From Mobula hypostoma (lineage: Eukaryota), in the NCBI RefSeq assembly GCF_963921235.1, contig NC_086108.1:14632001-14696000 (forward strand): a stretch of DNA of 64,000 bases. The letters run 5' to 3'. Below are positions 1 through 13,462 of this stretch, piece after piece. The translations under genes and the position numbers were made by a program. The notes beneath the pieces are model-generated. The model saw nothing but the letters and a program-made list of their open reading frames with translations, ran no database searches and had not been told where the DNA came from. The number at the start of each line of letters is the position of its first letter. Position 1 is the stretch's first letter.

Positions 1-202
1 CTCAGTTTCCACATCTGATCACACTGACACTACACGCATGCATGTCAACCCACACTGACACTATATACACTGTGTAGTTTGCACACTCTCTATTGTGCAT
101 GAACTTCTGCATAACTTCCCCATTGGACTTTATCTTTTTCCATGAGATTCTAATATTTCTATATTGCTTCCTTTTTGAGACTGTAGTTATCAACATAGAA
201 CA

Positions 203-487
203 CTAGTAAAGGCATCCGTTAGTCTTGCGAGACCATGGATCTGAGCCTGGAAAGTCTTCACTCTCCAGAGCGCAGGCCTGGGTAAGGTTGTATGGAAGAC
301 CAGCAGTTGCCCATGCTGCAAGTTTCCCCTCTCCCCGACACCAATGTTGTCCAAGAGAAGGGCATTAGGACCCATACAGCTTGGCACCAGTGTCGTCGCA
401 GAGCACTGCCTTGCACAAGGACACAACACGTTCCCTCGGCTTGCCTTCAGGTTGCTAGTCCAACGCCTTAACCACTTGGCCACGTGC
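203..487 (-). mobile_element. tRNA-headed SINE with an RTE-like 3' part
   Basis: The minus strand begins GTGGCCAAGTGGTTAAGGCGTTGGACT (A-box-like tRNA head). The body shares motifs (GTTGCCCATGC, TTGGCACCAGTG) with the element at ~63000. Confidence 0.6.
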
Positions 488-519
488 CCACATACACTAC
501 AGCACGGTATTGTGCCAAC

Positions 520-1310
520 CTTTTAGCTTACTTTAAGATCAATCTAATCCTTCCCTTCTACATAGCCCTCCACTATTCTCTCATCCAAGTACCTAGCAAA
601 GGGTTTCTTAAGTGTCCCCAATGTATCTGCCTCTACCAGCACCCCTGGCAGGGGGTTCCACACGCTCACCACTATCTAAGTTAAGAATATCCCTCCTGTA
701 CTTTCCTACAATCACCTGAAGGTTATGCCGCCTGGCATTAGCCATTTACACCTTGGAAAAACTATCCACTCGGTATATGCTTCTTATCATCTTGTACACC
801 TCTATCAAGTCACCTCTCGTCTCTTTTCATTCAAAAGAGAAAAGTCTTAGCTCACTCAACCAATCCTCATAAAACAGGCTGTCTAATCCAGACACCGTCC
901 TGGTAAATCTCCTCTGCACCCTCTCTAAAGCCTTCCCATAATGAAATGCTCAAAACAGAGCATAATATTCCAAGTGTGATCTAACCAGGGTTTTATAGAG
1001 CTGCAGTATTACCTCAGGGCTCTTGAACTCAATCTGCCAACTAATGAAGGCCAACACACCATACCCCTGTCAATTTGCACAGCAACTTTGAGGGATCTGT
1101 GGATGTGGACTCTGTTCCTCCACACTGCCAAGAATCCTGCCATTAACACTGTATTCTGCCTTCAGATTCGATCTTCCAAAATGAATGACTTCACACTTCT
1201 CCAGGTTGAACTCTGTCTTCCACTTCTCAGCCCAGCTATGCATTCTGTTAAATTCTACAACAACCTTCTGCACGATCCACAACTCCTTCAACCTTTGTGT
1301 CATCTGCAAA
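520..1310 (-). mobile_element. Decayed CR1 LINE 3' fragments
   Basis: ORF 1070-1309 reads WAEKWKTEFNLEKCEVIHFGRSN (CR1 RT C-terminal region). CR1 3'-end sequence lies to the left. Confidence 0.8.
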
Positions 1311-3869
1311 CCATATTACAAAGACAAGATTATCATTTACACAGAGTGAATTTTGTTCTCCAAGGAACAAGCAAGCTAGAAGGAAAATTGCTGAAGATGT
1401 GTTCACTAAATTGGTTGATAATAGGCAGTATTCTAATTCTGCTACTGTTTTACCCGTATTAAATAGCTCTGGAAGCTCTGTGCGTTTAACAACTGTAACA
1501 AAGTGAACACACCATTATGAGCTAATGTGACTTAATGAAGCAGAGACACTACAGTGTTACCCCAATCTTATTTTTAAATGTAAGAGTCTGTGTTATCTGA
1601 TGATGTTCTCTATTTTTCTAAATTTATTTGGAAAAAAACTGGTTCATTGTCTCCGTCCTTCTCTGGAAGTGTGGTACAACCTAATTTAAACAAGAGAGAT
1701 GCAAAATCTGTGGGTGGATAGGCAGTCCAATAGCAACAGTTTGTCTCTACCATTTAGTGAATGTTATTGCTGCTCAGTGATGCATTATAAACCTTTGACC
1801 TGAGTACTGAAAAACTGTAAACAGTATTGAAAATTCTGGACTGTATTTTTATAGTTTAACATTATTTACCAGCACATTTTCTTCTGAAAATATGGTCATA
1901 CTAAGTCATTATATTTGAATCTCCCCCCGTTTGCTATTTGACATAAATCTTTTATATGTTTGATTTTCTGTACCTGGCTTTTTATGAATCTGAATTCTCC
2001 CTTTCTAAACAGGCTGTGTCATTATTTATCTCTTCCTCCTGAAACTCTCCAGATCACAGCTTTTAAAGCTGCACACGGTTCCTCGGTTGATTTGCGTATA
2101 TTTCATATTTACAGCTGTTGTTAATGACAGACGAAAGGCCTGAGAATCTTTCAGATCGGTTTGCTCACTGTAAATGCGAGATGTAGAAGCAAGTTGTGAG
2201 AATGACTCAGTCTGCCTGGCGTCTATAGCTGCAAAAATGTTTGAATTGGTTATTAATGAGATAACAACAGAATGGTGGAAGTTGTTACAGTGGCAGTGAG
2301 GTCTCATGAAGGGAGAATCACACCCGATTAGGTTATTAGTGTTTTTCAGGAAGTATTAGCCAGGATGGATAGAGGGGAACTTAGAGCTGTAGAAATGTAC
2401 AGCAGAGAAATAGACCCCACGGCCCAAGTTATCCATGCCCATTATTTCGTCAGTCTATACTAATCCCACTTGCCAGCCTTAATTTCATATCGTTCTGCAC
2501 CCTGTTGATTCAAGTATTAAAAGTCCCTGCCTCCAGCAGCTCAATACATTTTCCAACTACTCTTTGCCCCTCATACATCCCTTTGAACCTCCTGTTTGTG
2601 TGTGGGTTTCCTCAATAATTTTTGCGAAGGTGCCACAGAAATTGCTTCTTAAAATAAGGACTGATTAATCATAGTCATAAAGTCATAGAGAGATTTAGCA
2701 CAGAAATAAGCCCTTTGGCCCACTGAGTCTGTACTAACCATCAAGCACCCATGTTTGCACTAATTCTACTTTAACCTAAATTGTTCCACTCCCCCATTTC
2801 CATGAGACCATAAGACATAGGAGCTGAATTAGGCCACTTGGCCCTTTGAGTCTGCTCCGCCAATTGATCATTCAGTTTTGTCCCCCTTTTACATTGCAAC
2901 TTATCCCACTGACTGCAAGTTTGCCCTATCATCTGCCTGTCCTTTCTGGCAGTCTCATAACACACTGCCTCTGCTTGTATACCAAGTACCCCATCCTCTG
3001 CCCTATCACTCGGTTTCCCATCCCCCTGCCAAATTAGTTTAAACCCTCCCCAACAGTTCCAGCAAACTTGCCTGCGAGGATTTGGTCCCCCTTGGGTTCA
3101 GGTGTAACCAGTCCCTTTTATACAAGTCAGAGATTCCAGTGATCCAGAAATCTGAAACCCTGCCCCCTGTATCAGTTCCCCAGCCACGCGTTCATCTACC
3201 AAATCATCCTGTTCTTACCCTCACTGGCACGTGGCACAGGGATTACTACGCTGGAGGCCTTGCTTTTCAGCTTTCCCTCCCAGCCACACTAGATTCTCCA
3301 CTCAACTACTCACTTGGGGCAATTAACCTTCCAATCTGCACATCTCTGGGATGTGGGAAGAAACTGGAGTGTTTGGAGAAATCCCATATGGTCTCTGGGA
3401 GAACGAGCACACCCCACAGAGTTAGAATCAGAGATTGGGATTAAATTTGGATCACTGGAGCTGTGAGCAGCTCACCAGGTGCATCATCATGGTGCCCAAG
3501 GTTATAAGAAGCAAGAGTAAGAGACAGTCATATTCAGGCAAGAGTCTGGAAGGATCAAGGGATTCTCATCTCTGAAGTGCTCAATCAGGAATGCAAGTAT
3601 AATTTTAGCCTATTTGTAAAGAAAATTTTGCTGTAAGTGTATTAATATCCAAGAAAGGAGGGGAACTATTGACCAGTCAGCCTGAGGGAAAGTGCTGGAG
3701 CCCATTATCATGCAAGTACTTAGAGAGTTATCAAGCTGTGTCAGCATTGCTTTATGCAAAGGCATTTGTGTTTGACAAATGTGCTAGAGTTCCTTAAGGA
3801 TCTAACAAGCTAGGTGGATAAAGGCAAGCCTGCAGTGCATTTGGATTTCTGGAAGGGTTTCAGTAAAAC

Positions 3870-4570
3870 GGAGTCATACAGCACAGAAACAGAACTGATC
3901 CATGCCAAACAAGATTCCCAACTAAACTAGTCCAATTTCCTTGTATTTGGCCCATATCCCTCTAAACCTATCCCATTCATGTACCTGTGCAAGAACCTCT
4001 TAAATATTGTTAATGTACCTGCCTCAACCACTTCTGCTGTCAGCTTATTCCACATACCTGTTGTCCTCTGGGTAAAAACATTGCCCTCTAGTTATAGATT
4101 TCTCAACTCTAGGGAGAAGTTTGTGTGCATTTACCCTATCTATCTGGCTTATAATTTTATACACCTCAATTAAGTCACCTCTCAGTTTCATATGGTCCAA
4201 AGAATAAAGACCGAGCCTATCCAACCTCTCCCGATAATTGCGGCCTTCGAGTCCTGGTAACATCCCTGTAAATAGTTTCTGCACTATTTCCAGTCTAATA
4301 GCATCTTTCTTACAGCAGGGTGACTCCAAGTGTGGCCTCACACAGATAATTTACAATTGCACCATGACCATCCAGCTTCCATACTCATTGCCCTGACTGC
4401 TGAAGACCAGCGTACCAAAAGCCTTCTTCAACATCCTGTTTACCTGGGACTCTACTTTCAGGGGACCATGTACTCATACACTAAAGTCCCTCTGTTCTAT
4501 AACTCTTCTCGGAGCCTTATTGTACACTGGGAAAGTTCTATCTTGCTTTGACTTTCCAAAATGCAACACC
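3870..4570 (-). mobile_element. Decayed CR1 LINE 3' fragment
   Basis: ORF 4045-4341 reads RPHLE...RLDRLGLYSL...LRGDLIEVYKII. Confidence 0.8.
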
Positions 4571-4778
4571 AATTAAAGAACTGGAAACTTTATAGAGGGT
4601 GCAGAGGAGATTTACCAGATGAAGGCTGGTCTGGAGGGTCTTCTGAAGATTGGTTGAATGAGCTAGGAGGAGCAAAGGAGGATGAGAGGAGACTTGATAG
4701 AGGTGATAAGAGCATAGATTGAGTGGATAGCTAGAGATTTTTCCCCCAAGGCAGAAGTAGCTTGTATGAGGGAGTATA

Positions 4779-6202
4779 TGTTTTGTTTTGTAACTCCAAA
4801 ACATAAAAAACTAGTTGAAAAGAGAACAAGAGAGACAGTAATGGGAGTCTAACTTTGTCTTTATTTTAGCGAGGCACACACATGTGATGTGGTGTAGTGG
4901 TGACTTATGCCATTAACATACTTTTACGTATAACCTATAACAAAGAATTCTTAATCAAACAACTTATAGGTTACTATAATATTGTGTGTGTGAGTGTGGG
5001 TTATTTATTTTTAAATATGATTACTATATAGACATACACAGCATGGTAAATTTAAAACTGTCCAATTCAAATCTGAAGATTTACTTGCTGTGGAGTATTT
5101 ATTACTCCTGTGGGATAATGTCACAGGGTGTTGAAGAAGGCTTTTGGTATGCTTGGCAGGCGAGACTTATGGCTGTGAAACAATCTCACGTTCTAGGGCC
5201 ACCTTCGTGGTGGGTTTAGGAGTTGACTCTGGGACTGCAGGAACTGGTTCTGATGGTTATGGCTACCTTCCTTCTCTAACAGTTGACTCTGCTCTCCTCA
5301 ACTGATCAATGCGTTGTCTCCAGATGATATCAGACACAATCTCCACCATGTAGGAGAGTAGTCCAGTTCTGTCCTTAATCTTACTGAGTACCCACTTTTG
5401 ATCATCTCAGTAGTCCCTCACCAGAACTGCTTGTCCAGGAGTGAAACATAGAAACTCTTTCTTTGAGGAGCCTCCAATTTGCTTCAGCTGTTTGTCTTGC
5501 ATACTCCTTTGGAGATTGGGTTTGAGGAGATGCAAGCATGAACACAAGGGATGATCCAGGAACGGCTTAGCTGGTGGGTTGTTGGTCATGGATTGTGTTG
5601 CATGTAACATACAAGGAGGGAATTGGTGATCTGATTCAGTGTCAGTGAAGTGTGTTCTGCTGACATTGTTCGCATTGTGTTCATTAGACGCTGCACAAAG
5701 CCACTTGTAGCTGGGTGGTACGGGCAGATGTAATAGGTCTTAATGCATTCATTTTCAGGGATGATTGAAACTCTTCCGCAACGAACTGTGGTCCATTGTC
5801 ACTGACTAAGTGTTCTGGAACACCAGACCTCGAGAAGAGGCTTCATCAACAGTGTACAAGGCTGCAGTGGAGGCTATTGGGAACATTTCTGGCCACTTTG
5901 TAACTGCATCCACTGCCTCCAAGAAATTTGTGCCCATGGCAAAATCTACATGTATCCTCTGACAGGGCAAAGCAAGCCATTCCCAGGCATTACTCTTGGC
6001 ATCTTCTGGATTTTCATATCAAGCTTCTCAATCTAGCCCAGGCCAACAGACAAAGCTTCGAAGCAACAATTTTATGTTGACCACGCATAGATGACCAGCA
6101 TGTAGCTCCTCCAACAGTCTGGCTCTCAAAACAACAAAGAATGCTTAATCAAACAATGTATTTATAATCTTATTCAAATATTACTGAAGTATTAAATACA
6201 CA
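4779..6202 (-). mobile_element. Internally deleted Ty3/Gypsy LTR retrotransposon (integrase relic with LTR remnants) inserted in a CR1
   Basis: The minus strand gives integrase core LFSRSGVPEHLVSDNGPQFVAEEF (~5770-5840) and GQAVLVRDY. The LTR segment ACAAAGAATnCTTAATCAAACAA occurs at ~4940 and ~6135. CR1 sequence resumes on both flanks. Confidence 0.75.
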
Positions 6203-6546
6203 AAAGCAAAGTTGTCAGGTGATAGGAGGAAAGTATAAGGAGGATGACAGAAGTAATTGCTTTATGCAAAGCGTTGTGTGGTGGATGCATGAACCCCCAC
6301 GCCATGGGTGGTGATAGAGGCAAATAGATCAAGGACATTTAAGAATCTCTTAGATAGGCACATGGATGATTGAAAACTAGAGGGCTAAGTAGAAGGGAAG
6401 GATCAGATTGATCTAAGAGTAGGTTAAAAAGTACATGGGCTGTACTGTGCTGTACTGTTCTATGTTCTAAGCTCCATTGTCAAATCTGAAACAAAATTAT
6501 AAAATTACTGAAAATATTTGGCATCTATGGATGAGATTTCAAAGGA

Positions 6547-7096
6547 TCTGACAACAAATACACTCAAAAACTTCTATAGTTGTACCTTGGAGAGCATTCT
6601 GACAGGCTGCATCACTGTCTGGTATGGAGGGGCTACCGCACAGGACCAAAAGAAGCTGCAGAAGGTTATTAATCTAGTCAGCTCCATCTCGGGTACTCGT
6701 CTACAAAGTACCCAGGACATCTTTAGGGAGCAGTGTCTCAGGAAGGCAGCATCCATTATTAAGGACCTCCAGCACCCAGGGCATGCCCTTTTCTCACTGT
6801 TGCCATCAGGTAGGAGATACAGAAGCCTGAAGGCACACATTCAGCGATTCAGGAACAGCTTCTTCCCCTCTGCCATCTGATTCCTAAATGGACATTGAAG
6901 CTTTGGACACTACCTCATTTTTTTAAAAATATACAATATTTCTGTTTTTGCGGGTTTTTTAATCTATTCAATATACATAATCGATTTATTTGTTTATTTT
7001 TTTCTCTGCTAGATTATGTATTACATTGAACTGCTGCTGCTAAGTTAACAAATTTCACATCACATGCCAGTGATAATAAACCTGATTCTGATTCTG
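6547..7096 (+). mobile_element. Rex1/Babar-type LINE 3' end
   Basis: Reads NFYSCTLESILTGCITVWYG...LLPSGRRYRSLKAH...FRNSFFP, then AATAAA and an (ATTCTG)n tail. Near-identical to 37650-38230. Confidence 0.8.
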
Positions 7097-7294
7097 AAGG
7101 TTCTAGTACAAGTCCTGTAGTAGGACGGCACAGTAGCTTAGCAGTTAACTTTATGTTATTATAGCATGGACAACCCAAGTTTAATTCCACCTGGGAGTAA
7201 GGAGTTTGTATGTTCTCACTGTGACCATGTAGAATTCCTCCCACATTCCAAAGATACACAGTTTAGTTGGTTAATTGGTCACAAGGATATAATT

Positions 7295-7938
7295 TATGAT
7301 TATGATTATGAGGACACGCAATCCCCTTTTATTGTCATTTAGTAATGCACGCATTAAGAAATGACAAATGTTTTTCCAGAATGATATCACGAAAACACAT
7401 GACAAACCGACTTAAAAACTAACAAAAACCACATAATTATAACATACAGTTACAACAGTTCTAAGCAATACCGTAATTTGATAAGAACAGACCATGGCAC
7501 AGTAAAAGTCTCAGAGTCTCTCGGAAGTCCCATCATCCCACGCAGACGGTAAACCTCCCGCGCCGCCAACTTGCCAATGCAGCATCCCAGAAGTATCTCT
7601 CCACAGTCCAACTCCGAGTTCGTCTAAAAAACTCCGAGCCTCCGACCACCTATTTGACACCGAGCACCGAGCACCATCTCTGCCGAGCGTTTCGACCCCG
7701 GCCCCCGAAACAGGCGATATGCAAAGCCAAGGATTTGGGGCCTTCGTCTCCGGAGATTCTCGATCGCGCAGTAGCAGCGGCAGCGAAGCAGGCATTTCAG
7801 AAGTTTCTTCAGGTGTTCCTCTGCACTTCACAGCTGTCCCCATCAAATCCGGATCGTGCACGGCACCCCTAGTTACACATATCAATATTCATTCGGAACG
7901 GCCACGCATGCTGCGTCGCGCCATCTTCTCCTCCCTCC
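7295..7938 (-). mobile_element. Young CpG-rich non-autonomous retroelement with an (ATCATA)n tail, inserted in a SINE
   Basis: GC/CpG-rich 5' end GGAGGAGAAGATGGCGCGACG, AATAAA and a microsatellite tail. TAATT on both flanks. The same 3' tail recurs on + at ~9420-9605. Confidence 0.6.
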
Positions 7939-9609
7939 AAATTAATTGAGTGGTATGGTTTAATTGGGCCAAAAGGCCTGTTACTGTGCTGTGTTTTTAA
8001 ATTTTAAAAACTTAAGTAATTACAAACAGCAATGAAATATTGGCCTTTTTTGCAAGGAGATATAAGAGTATTAAACTTGAGAAGAGTTGCTGAGAATGAC
8101 ATCCAATGCTTTGGTCAGCATTTTTAACAACTGGTTTACTTTCATTGGGGGTATTGCAGACAAGGTTTTTTTTGGTTGATTCCTGCGGATGTGTGGATTG
8201 ATATACAAAGAAAGTACAGCATGCCTCAGCACGTTTTAAGCAGAGTGGTAATCTTATTGATACATACTGATACTGAGGGAGATGTCAAGAAGATATTTCC
8301 CCTAGAAGGCCATCTAGAAACAAAGAGAAATGGATCCAGAATGAGTGATTGACCATTTCAGAGGGAGAATCTTTGGAATTCTCTCCCACAGAGATCTGTG
8401 GAGGCAAAATTGTGTAATATATTCATGGTAGAGTCTGACAACATTTAAACTGTAAGTTAATGTGTATGTGGGGTGAAAGCAGGAGACTGTTCATATGGCC
8501 AAAAGTGAAGCAACTATGATCTTATGAATGAGGAGGAGGCCCTACTCCCATCTCTTATATTTTATCTATTGTGTATTCAAGTTTCCCAGGGTAAACTCCC
8601 TCTTTATTCCCGACCTTCAGACTGTCCTCCCATTCTGTGAATGTATTGTATGTGTATACAACAGCAATACAGTATACAGTTGGGGCAACACCCAAACTAA
8701 AGTTGTCTTGGTCACCATCATTTTGCATATCTCTGTTCTAAGAATTCCTTCTCATTCTCAACACCACCACAAATTTCCAGTTGCAATTTTACAAATCAAC
8801 AGTTTGGAAAGTGGTTAATACTATCCAAAATTTTCTAAAGGGGCAGAGGATATAGGAGACTATAGACGAGTTAGCCTGTTCAACAGTGGTGGCAAAACTA
8901 CTCAATCCATATCAAAGGTGTAGCAGTAGAGTACTTGCAGAAGAATAACAGGATTGCTAAGGGTCAAACATAGATTAAGATCATGCTTGATAAATAGTCA
9001 TACAGCACAGAAACAAGTTGTGTCCATTCCGACCATCAAGTGCACATCTATATCATTATCATTTCCCCAGTACTTGGACTGTGGCCTTTTGTGCTTTGGT
9101 AATTTAAGTCGTCATCCAGATATGTCTTAAATGTTACAAGAGCCTCTCCCTCCACCTTTCACTCAAATGGTATGTCCCAGATTCCAACCATCCTCTGAGA
9201 GATAAAGGTCTTCCTCGGAATCTTTCTGTAACTCTCATCCCTTACCCTAAATATTCAATGCTTAGTTGCTTGTGAAAAAAAGTTTTCTATTGTCTACCTT
9301 CAATGCCGCTCATAATTTGATGCATGGATAAAATTTTAATTTTAAGAATGAGATATTCACGGGATTAAAAGAGAGCAAACCTCCAGGACTTGATGGACTG
9401 AACACAAGGAGTTCTTTATCAAATTACAGTATTGCTTTGCACTGTTGTAACCATATGTTATAATTATGTGGATTTTGTCAGTTTTAGTCTTGGTCTGTTC
9501 TGTGTTTCTGTGATATCATACTGGAGGAACATTGTATCATTTCTTAATGCATGCACTTCTAAATGACAATAAACGAGGACTGAGTGTCCTCATAATCTAA
9601 TCTATCTAT

Positions 9610-10899
9610 TTAATTGAATTCATTCTTCCCTCTACCAGTGAAATGTTCCCCATGCCATTGCCTGCAACACAAACCCAAAGCAGATTGATCCACCCCCGTG
9701 CTTAACAGTTGGAGAGGTGTTCTTTTCATGAAATTCTGAACCCTTTTTTCTCCAAACATACCTGTGCTCATTGCGGCCAAAAAGTTCTCTTTTAATTTCA
9801 TCTGTCCACAGGACTTCTTTCCAAAATGCATCAGGCTTGTTTAGATGTTCCTTTGCAAACTTCTGACACTGAATTTTGTGGTGAGGACACAGGAAAGGTT
9901 TTCTTCTGATGATGCTTCCATGAAGGTCATATTTGTGAGGTGTCACTGCACAGTAGAACAGTGCACCACCACTCCACAGTCTGCTTAATCTTCCTGAAGG
10001 TCTTCTGCAGTCAAACGGGGGTTTTGATTTGCCTTTCTAGCAATCCTACGAGCAGTTTTCTCGGAAAGTTTTCTTGGTCTTCCAGACCTCAACTTGACCT
10101 CCACTATTCCTGTTAACCGCCATTACATTATGAACTGAAGAAACGGCTACCTGAAAACGCTTTGCTACCTTCTTATAGCCTTCTCCTGCTTTGTGGGCAT
10201 CATTTATTTTAATTTTCAGAGTGCTAGACAGCTGCTTAGAGGAGCCCATGGCTGCTGATTGTTGGCACAAGGTTTGAGGAGTCAGGATATTTATAAAGCT
10301 TTGAAATTTGCATCACCTGGCCTTTCCTAATGATGACTGTAAACAAGCTATAGCCCTAACAAGCTAATTAAGGTCTGAGACCTTGGTAAAAGTTATTTGA
10401 GAGCTCAAATCTCTTGGGGTGCCCAGACTTCAGACTTCTCCTTTCCTTTTTTTCACTCTAAAATTGTACAAAACAAAAATAGTACACTAATCTTGCTTAA
10501 AATGATGAATAGAATGTTTCATTTTTAACTTTATGACTTTTGGAGATCAGTTCACCTTCTATTCACTTAACTATTCACAGTAACAGAAATTTTGACCAGG
10601 GGTGCCCAAAGTTTTGCATGCCACTGTATCACCAAATTCAGACAGTCCTGGAACATTTCAGTCAATGGGTTCACTATCCCTGTGACAACTCCTTGTGCTT
10701 CGGGCCCTTTTCCTTTTTTGGTATTTTGGTATTTTGAAACTGTAAAAGATGGAAATAAAAAATAATCTTGCTTAAAACATTAAATAAATGTGTCATCTTT
10801 AACTTTATGCCTTTTGGAAATCAGGTCATCTTTTACTCACTTAGCTATTCACAGTAACAGAAATTTTGACCAGCGATGCCCAAACTTGTGCATGCCACT
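9610..10899 (-). mobile_element. Rearranged Tc1/mariner element (truncated transposase, two TIRs in the same orientation)
   Basis: HTH region KAGEGYKKVAKRFQV (10046-10270) and catalytic region VLWTDE...PTVKHGGGSI (9632-9946). TIR ends GCATGCCACTG-TA at ~10627 and ~10900. Confidence 0.85.
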
Positions 10900-11463
10900 G
10901 TAAATAAAACTGAATCTGGTTGTAAAACAGCAGTGTGACTGCCTTGTTCAAGAATGGAGGAAGTTAGTTTAACATTGATTGTTGGCAAGAGTAAGATTTG
11001 ACACATCACATTGCAGCTATACAAAACGCTGATTACACTGCATATGAAATGTTGTGTACAGTTCAGGTCGCCATGGTAACAGGAAGGATGTGGAAGGATA
11101 TTCCAATAGAGAGAGTGCAGAAGAGATTCACCAGGATGTTGTCTAGAATGGAGGGCTGTAGTTATAGGCAAGTTTGGACAGCCTGGGTTTATTCTCATTG
11201 GAATGCAGGAAGCTGAGGGGTGACCTTAGCAAGATTTATAAGATTTTCAGGAGCATATTGTAGATAAGGCAGATGGAACTTTTCTCCATTACTGAGGAGT
11301 CTTGAACTAAAGAGCACAGGTTTAAGGTGAGAGGGGAGACATTTATAGGAGTTCTGAGCGGCAAGTTGACTGTTCAGAGCTGATGGTGATTATCTGGAAT
11401 GAGCTGCTTAAGAAGGTGGTGGAGATGGGTGCAACATTTGGGCAGATACTTAGATAAGAAAGG

Positions 11464-11746
11464 CTGGTGGCACAATGACATCGGCGCCGGACCCGGGAGC
11501 AGAGGTTCCCGGGTTCGAAACCAGTTGGGTCCGCCCCCGAGTATGCTTTCCATCCGTGCCGAGTTGAACGTTGAGATCGCAATTCAACCTCGTAAGATAA
11601 AAGGGAAAAATACTGCGAAAATGTCTGAATGAGGAGTGGTGTGCCACACAGCCTCTCGCTCTCGCTCTGCGCCTTGTAAAAGCCATGAAAAAGACATCAT
11701 CACGGCCGCATGCATGCAGGCACGTGCCAAAAAAGAAAAAAAAAGG
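11464..11746 (+). mobile_element. Young tRNA-derived SINE with poly(A) tail
   Basis: A-box-like TGGCACAATGA, B-box GGTTCGAAACC (11512-11522), many CpGs and an A-rich tail. GAAAGGC is duplicated at the flanks inside a CR1. Confidence 0.75.
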
Positions 11747-12301
11747 AAAGGCATAGGGGGACATGGGCCTAGTGTAGATAAGTATCTTGGTCAGCATGGA
11801 TGAGGTAGAATGAAAATGCCTGTTTGTCTCTTTTCTGCCCTTTTAATATGTCTGTTACACACATATGTTACAGGATTCTATGAGGTGCGGAAAGCAAAAG
11901 CAGACTGGAATCAGCTATTTGTAGATGTATCTGCATTTAGAAAGGAGTCTTAAAGTGAAATAACAATAGAGGGTCAACATGTTCTGAAAAGTAAGGACAG
12001 CAAGTCCCAGGAACCCAAGTCAAAGGTATTGCACTAGATGAAGTGGAAAAAAAAGAAGCAAATGGAAGGTGAAGAGAATGAAAAAGTAGGGGAGAAAGGA
12101 GTGGTAGTGTCGAGGGTAATTAGGAGGGCAAATTGCTGGCACAAAGTCTCACTGGCAGAAAAGATTCAGGAAAATGCCTAGCACTTTGAGCAAGAGGGAA
12201 AAGTGCAAAGGAACTTGGGAATCCTCGTGCAGAATTCCCTAAAGGTTAACATGTAGGTTGAGTGGTGTTAAGGAAGGCAAATGCAGTATTAACTACAAGA
12301 C

Positions 12302-13462
12302 CAGGGGTCGGCAACCTTTTTGCCTCTGCGGGCTGGATCACGTATTACTAAGCGGACAGTGGGCCAGATAAATGCCATAAAAAAACTTGAAATATGGGAA
12401 TTATCCATTCAAATACATCTAGTTATGTTTTGCCTCAAATTAATGAATAACACTTGCTAGAAAATCATTTGTGCTTAACCAAAGATGCCAATTAGTAATC
12501 AAAGAACTCAATTTAGTTCTTCTGTCCCACCATTGCCGGTGCCCCATCAGTTGTGATGTCAATTAGCTTCGACACATTAAGTTTCATTTCTGACATCATT
12601 TTCAGCGAAGCTTCAAAAATGTCTGCTCCAGTAACCGTGTCCTTCATAGGAACTAATTGAATAAACTCTTCACAAATGTGAAAAGTTGAGGTTACTCCTG
12701 GCACAAACACTGCAAGTTGAGCAGTGTCTCTCAAGTCCACACTCCCATCAAGCGCAATTGGAAAAAAAATGCTATTTGATGCAGGTATCCCTTAAGCAAC
12801 TTTTAACATCTGCTGACATTTCTTCAACTCGCTGTGTGATCATTCTTGCTGACAGGCTGATAAGTGCAAATAAAGATTTATTTTCAGGACAAACAATATC
12901 CACCACTGCCAGTAAACATTCTTTGACAAACTCTCCATTTGTAAAAGGCTTCACCTTTTCTGAGACTTCGTAGCTGGCACGGGTATTTCCTCCATTTTCA
13001 CTGCTTTTTCGGCACTCAGCATCTATCTTCCTGTGTTTTGCATTCATTGCCATTGGAATTTTTTTCTTTGATTTTATTTCAAAGAGCGAGTTATTCAACA
13101 AGTATCATAATACTTGTAAATATCTGGATATTTAGCGTGGATTTCTTGTTAAAACACAATGATGCTGTTTCTGTTTACAAATTTGAACAATCCCATCTGA
13201 AAACCTGTGTGTGCACAGAGAGTATCTAATACATATTAATAAGGTAGTCTGCCTTCCTGTCATTTGTATATACCAGTGTTTGGTCTGGAACAAAATGGGA
13301 CCTGGGGCCAATGTAACAAGACGCCATACATGTCCATCAGTGTGGTGGAGTGAAACACTCAGAATAAGGAAAGATCACTCGTGGGCCAGATAAGCATAGT
13401 ATCTCAATATTTGCTCGCGGGCCGGTCAAATACCTTCGCGGACCAGAGGTTGCCTACCCCTG
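12302..13462 (-). mobile_element. hAT (Charlie/Buster group, GTF2IRD2-like transposase) deletion derivative, 1161 bp
   Basis: TIRs CAGGGGTCGGCAACCT and AGGTTGCCTACCCCTG match at 15/16. Perfect 8-bp TSD TACAAGAC (12294-12301, 13463-13470). Transposase relics KPFTNGEFVKECL and ITTDGAPAMVG. Confidence 0.92.

Noticed and set aside
440..487. tRNA gene
   Set aside because: Only an A-box-like head is present, with no T-arm or cloverleaf. It is a SINE head.
2001..2100. ctttctaaacAG|GCTGTG as the start of the preceding Cav2 exon (AVFDCVV...)
   Set aside because: After AV it translates SLFISSS with no channel similarity. I found that exon nowhere in the window, so it is probably upstream.
7520..7940. 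CpG island or internal promoter
   Set aside because: The CpG richness is confined to a retroelement with a tail, whose 3' end recurs at ~9420-9605.
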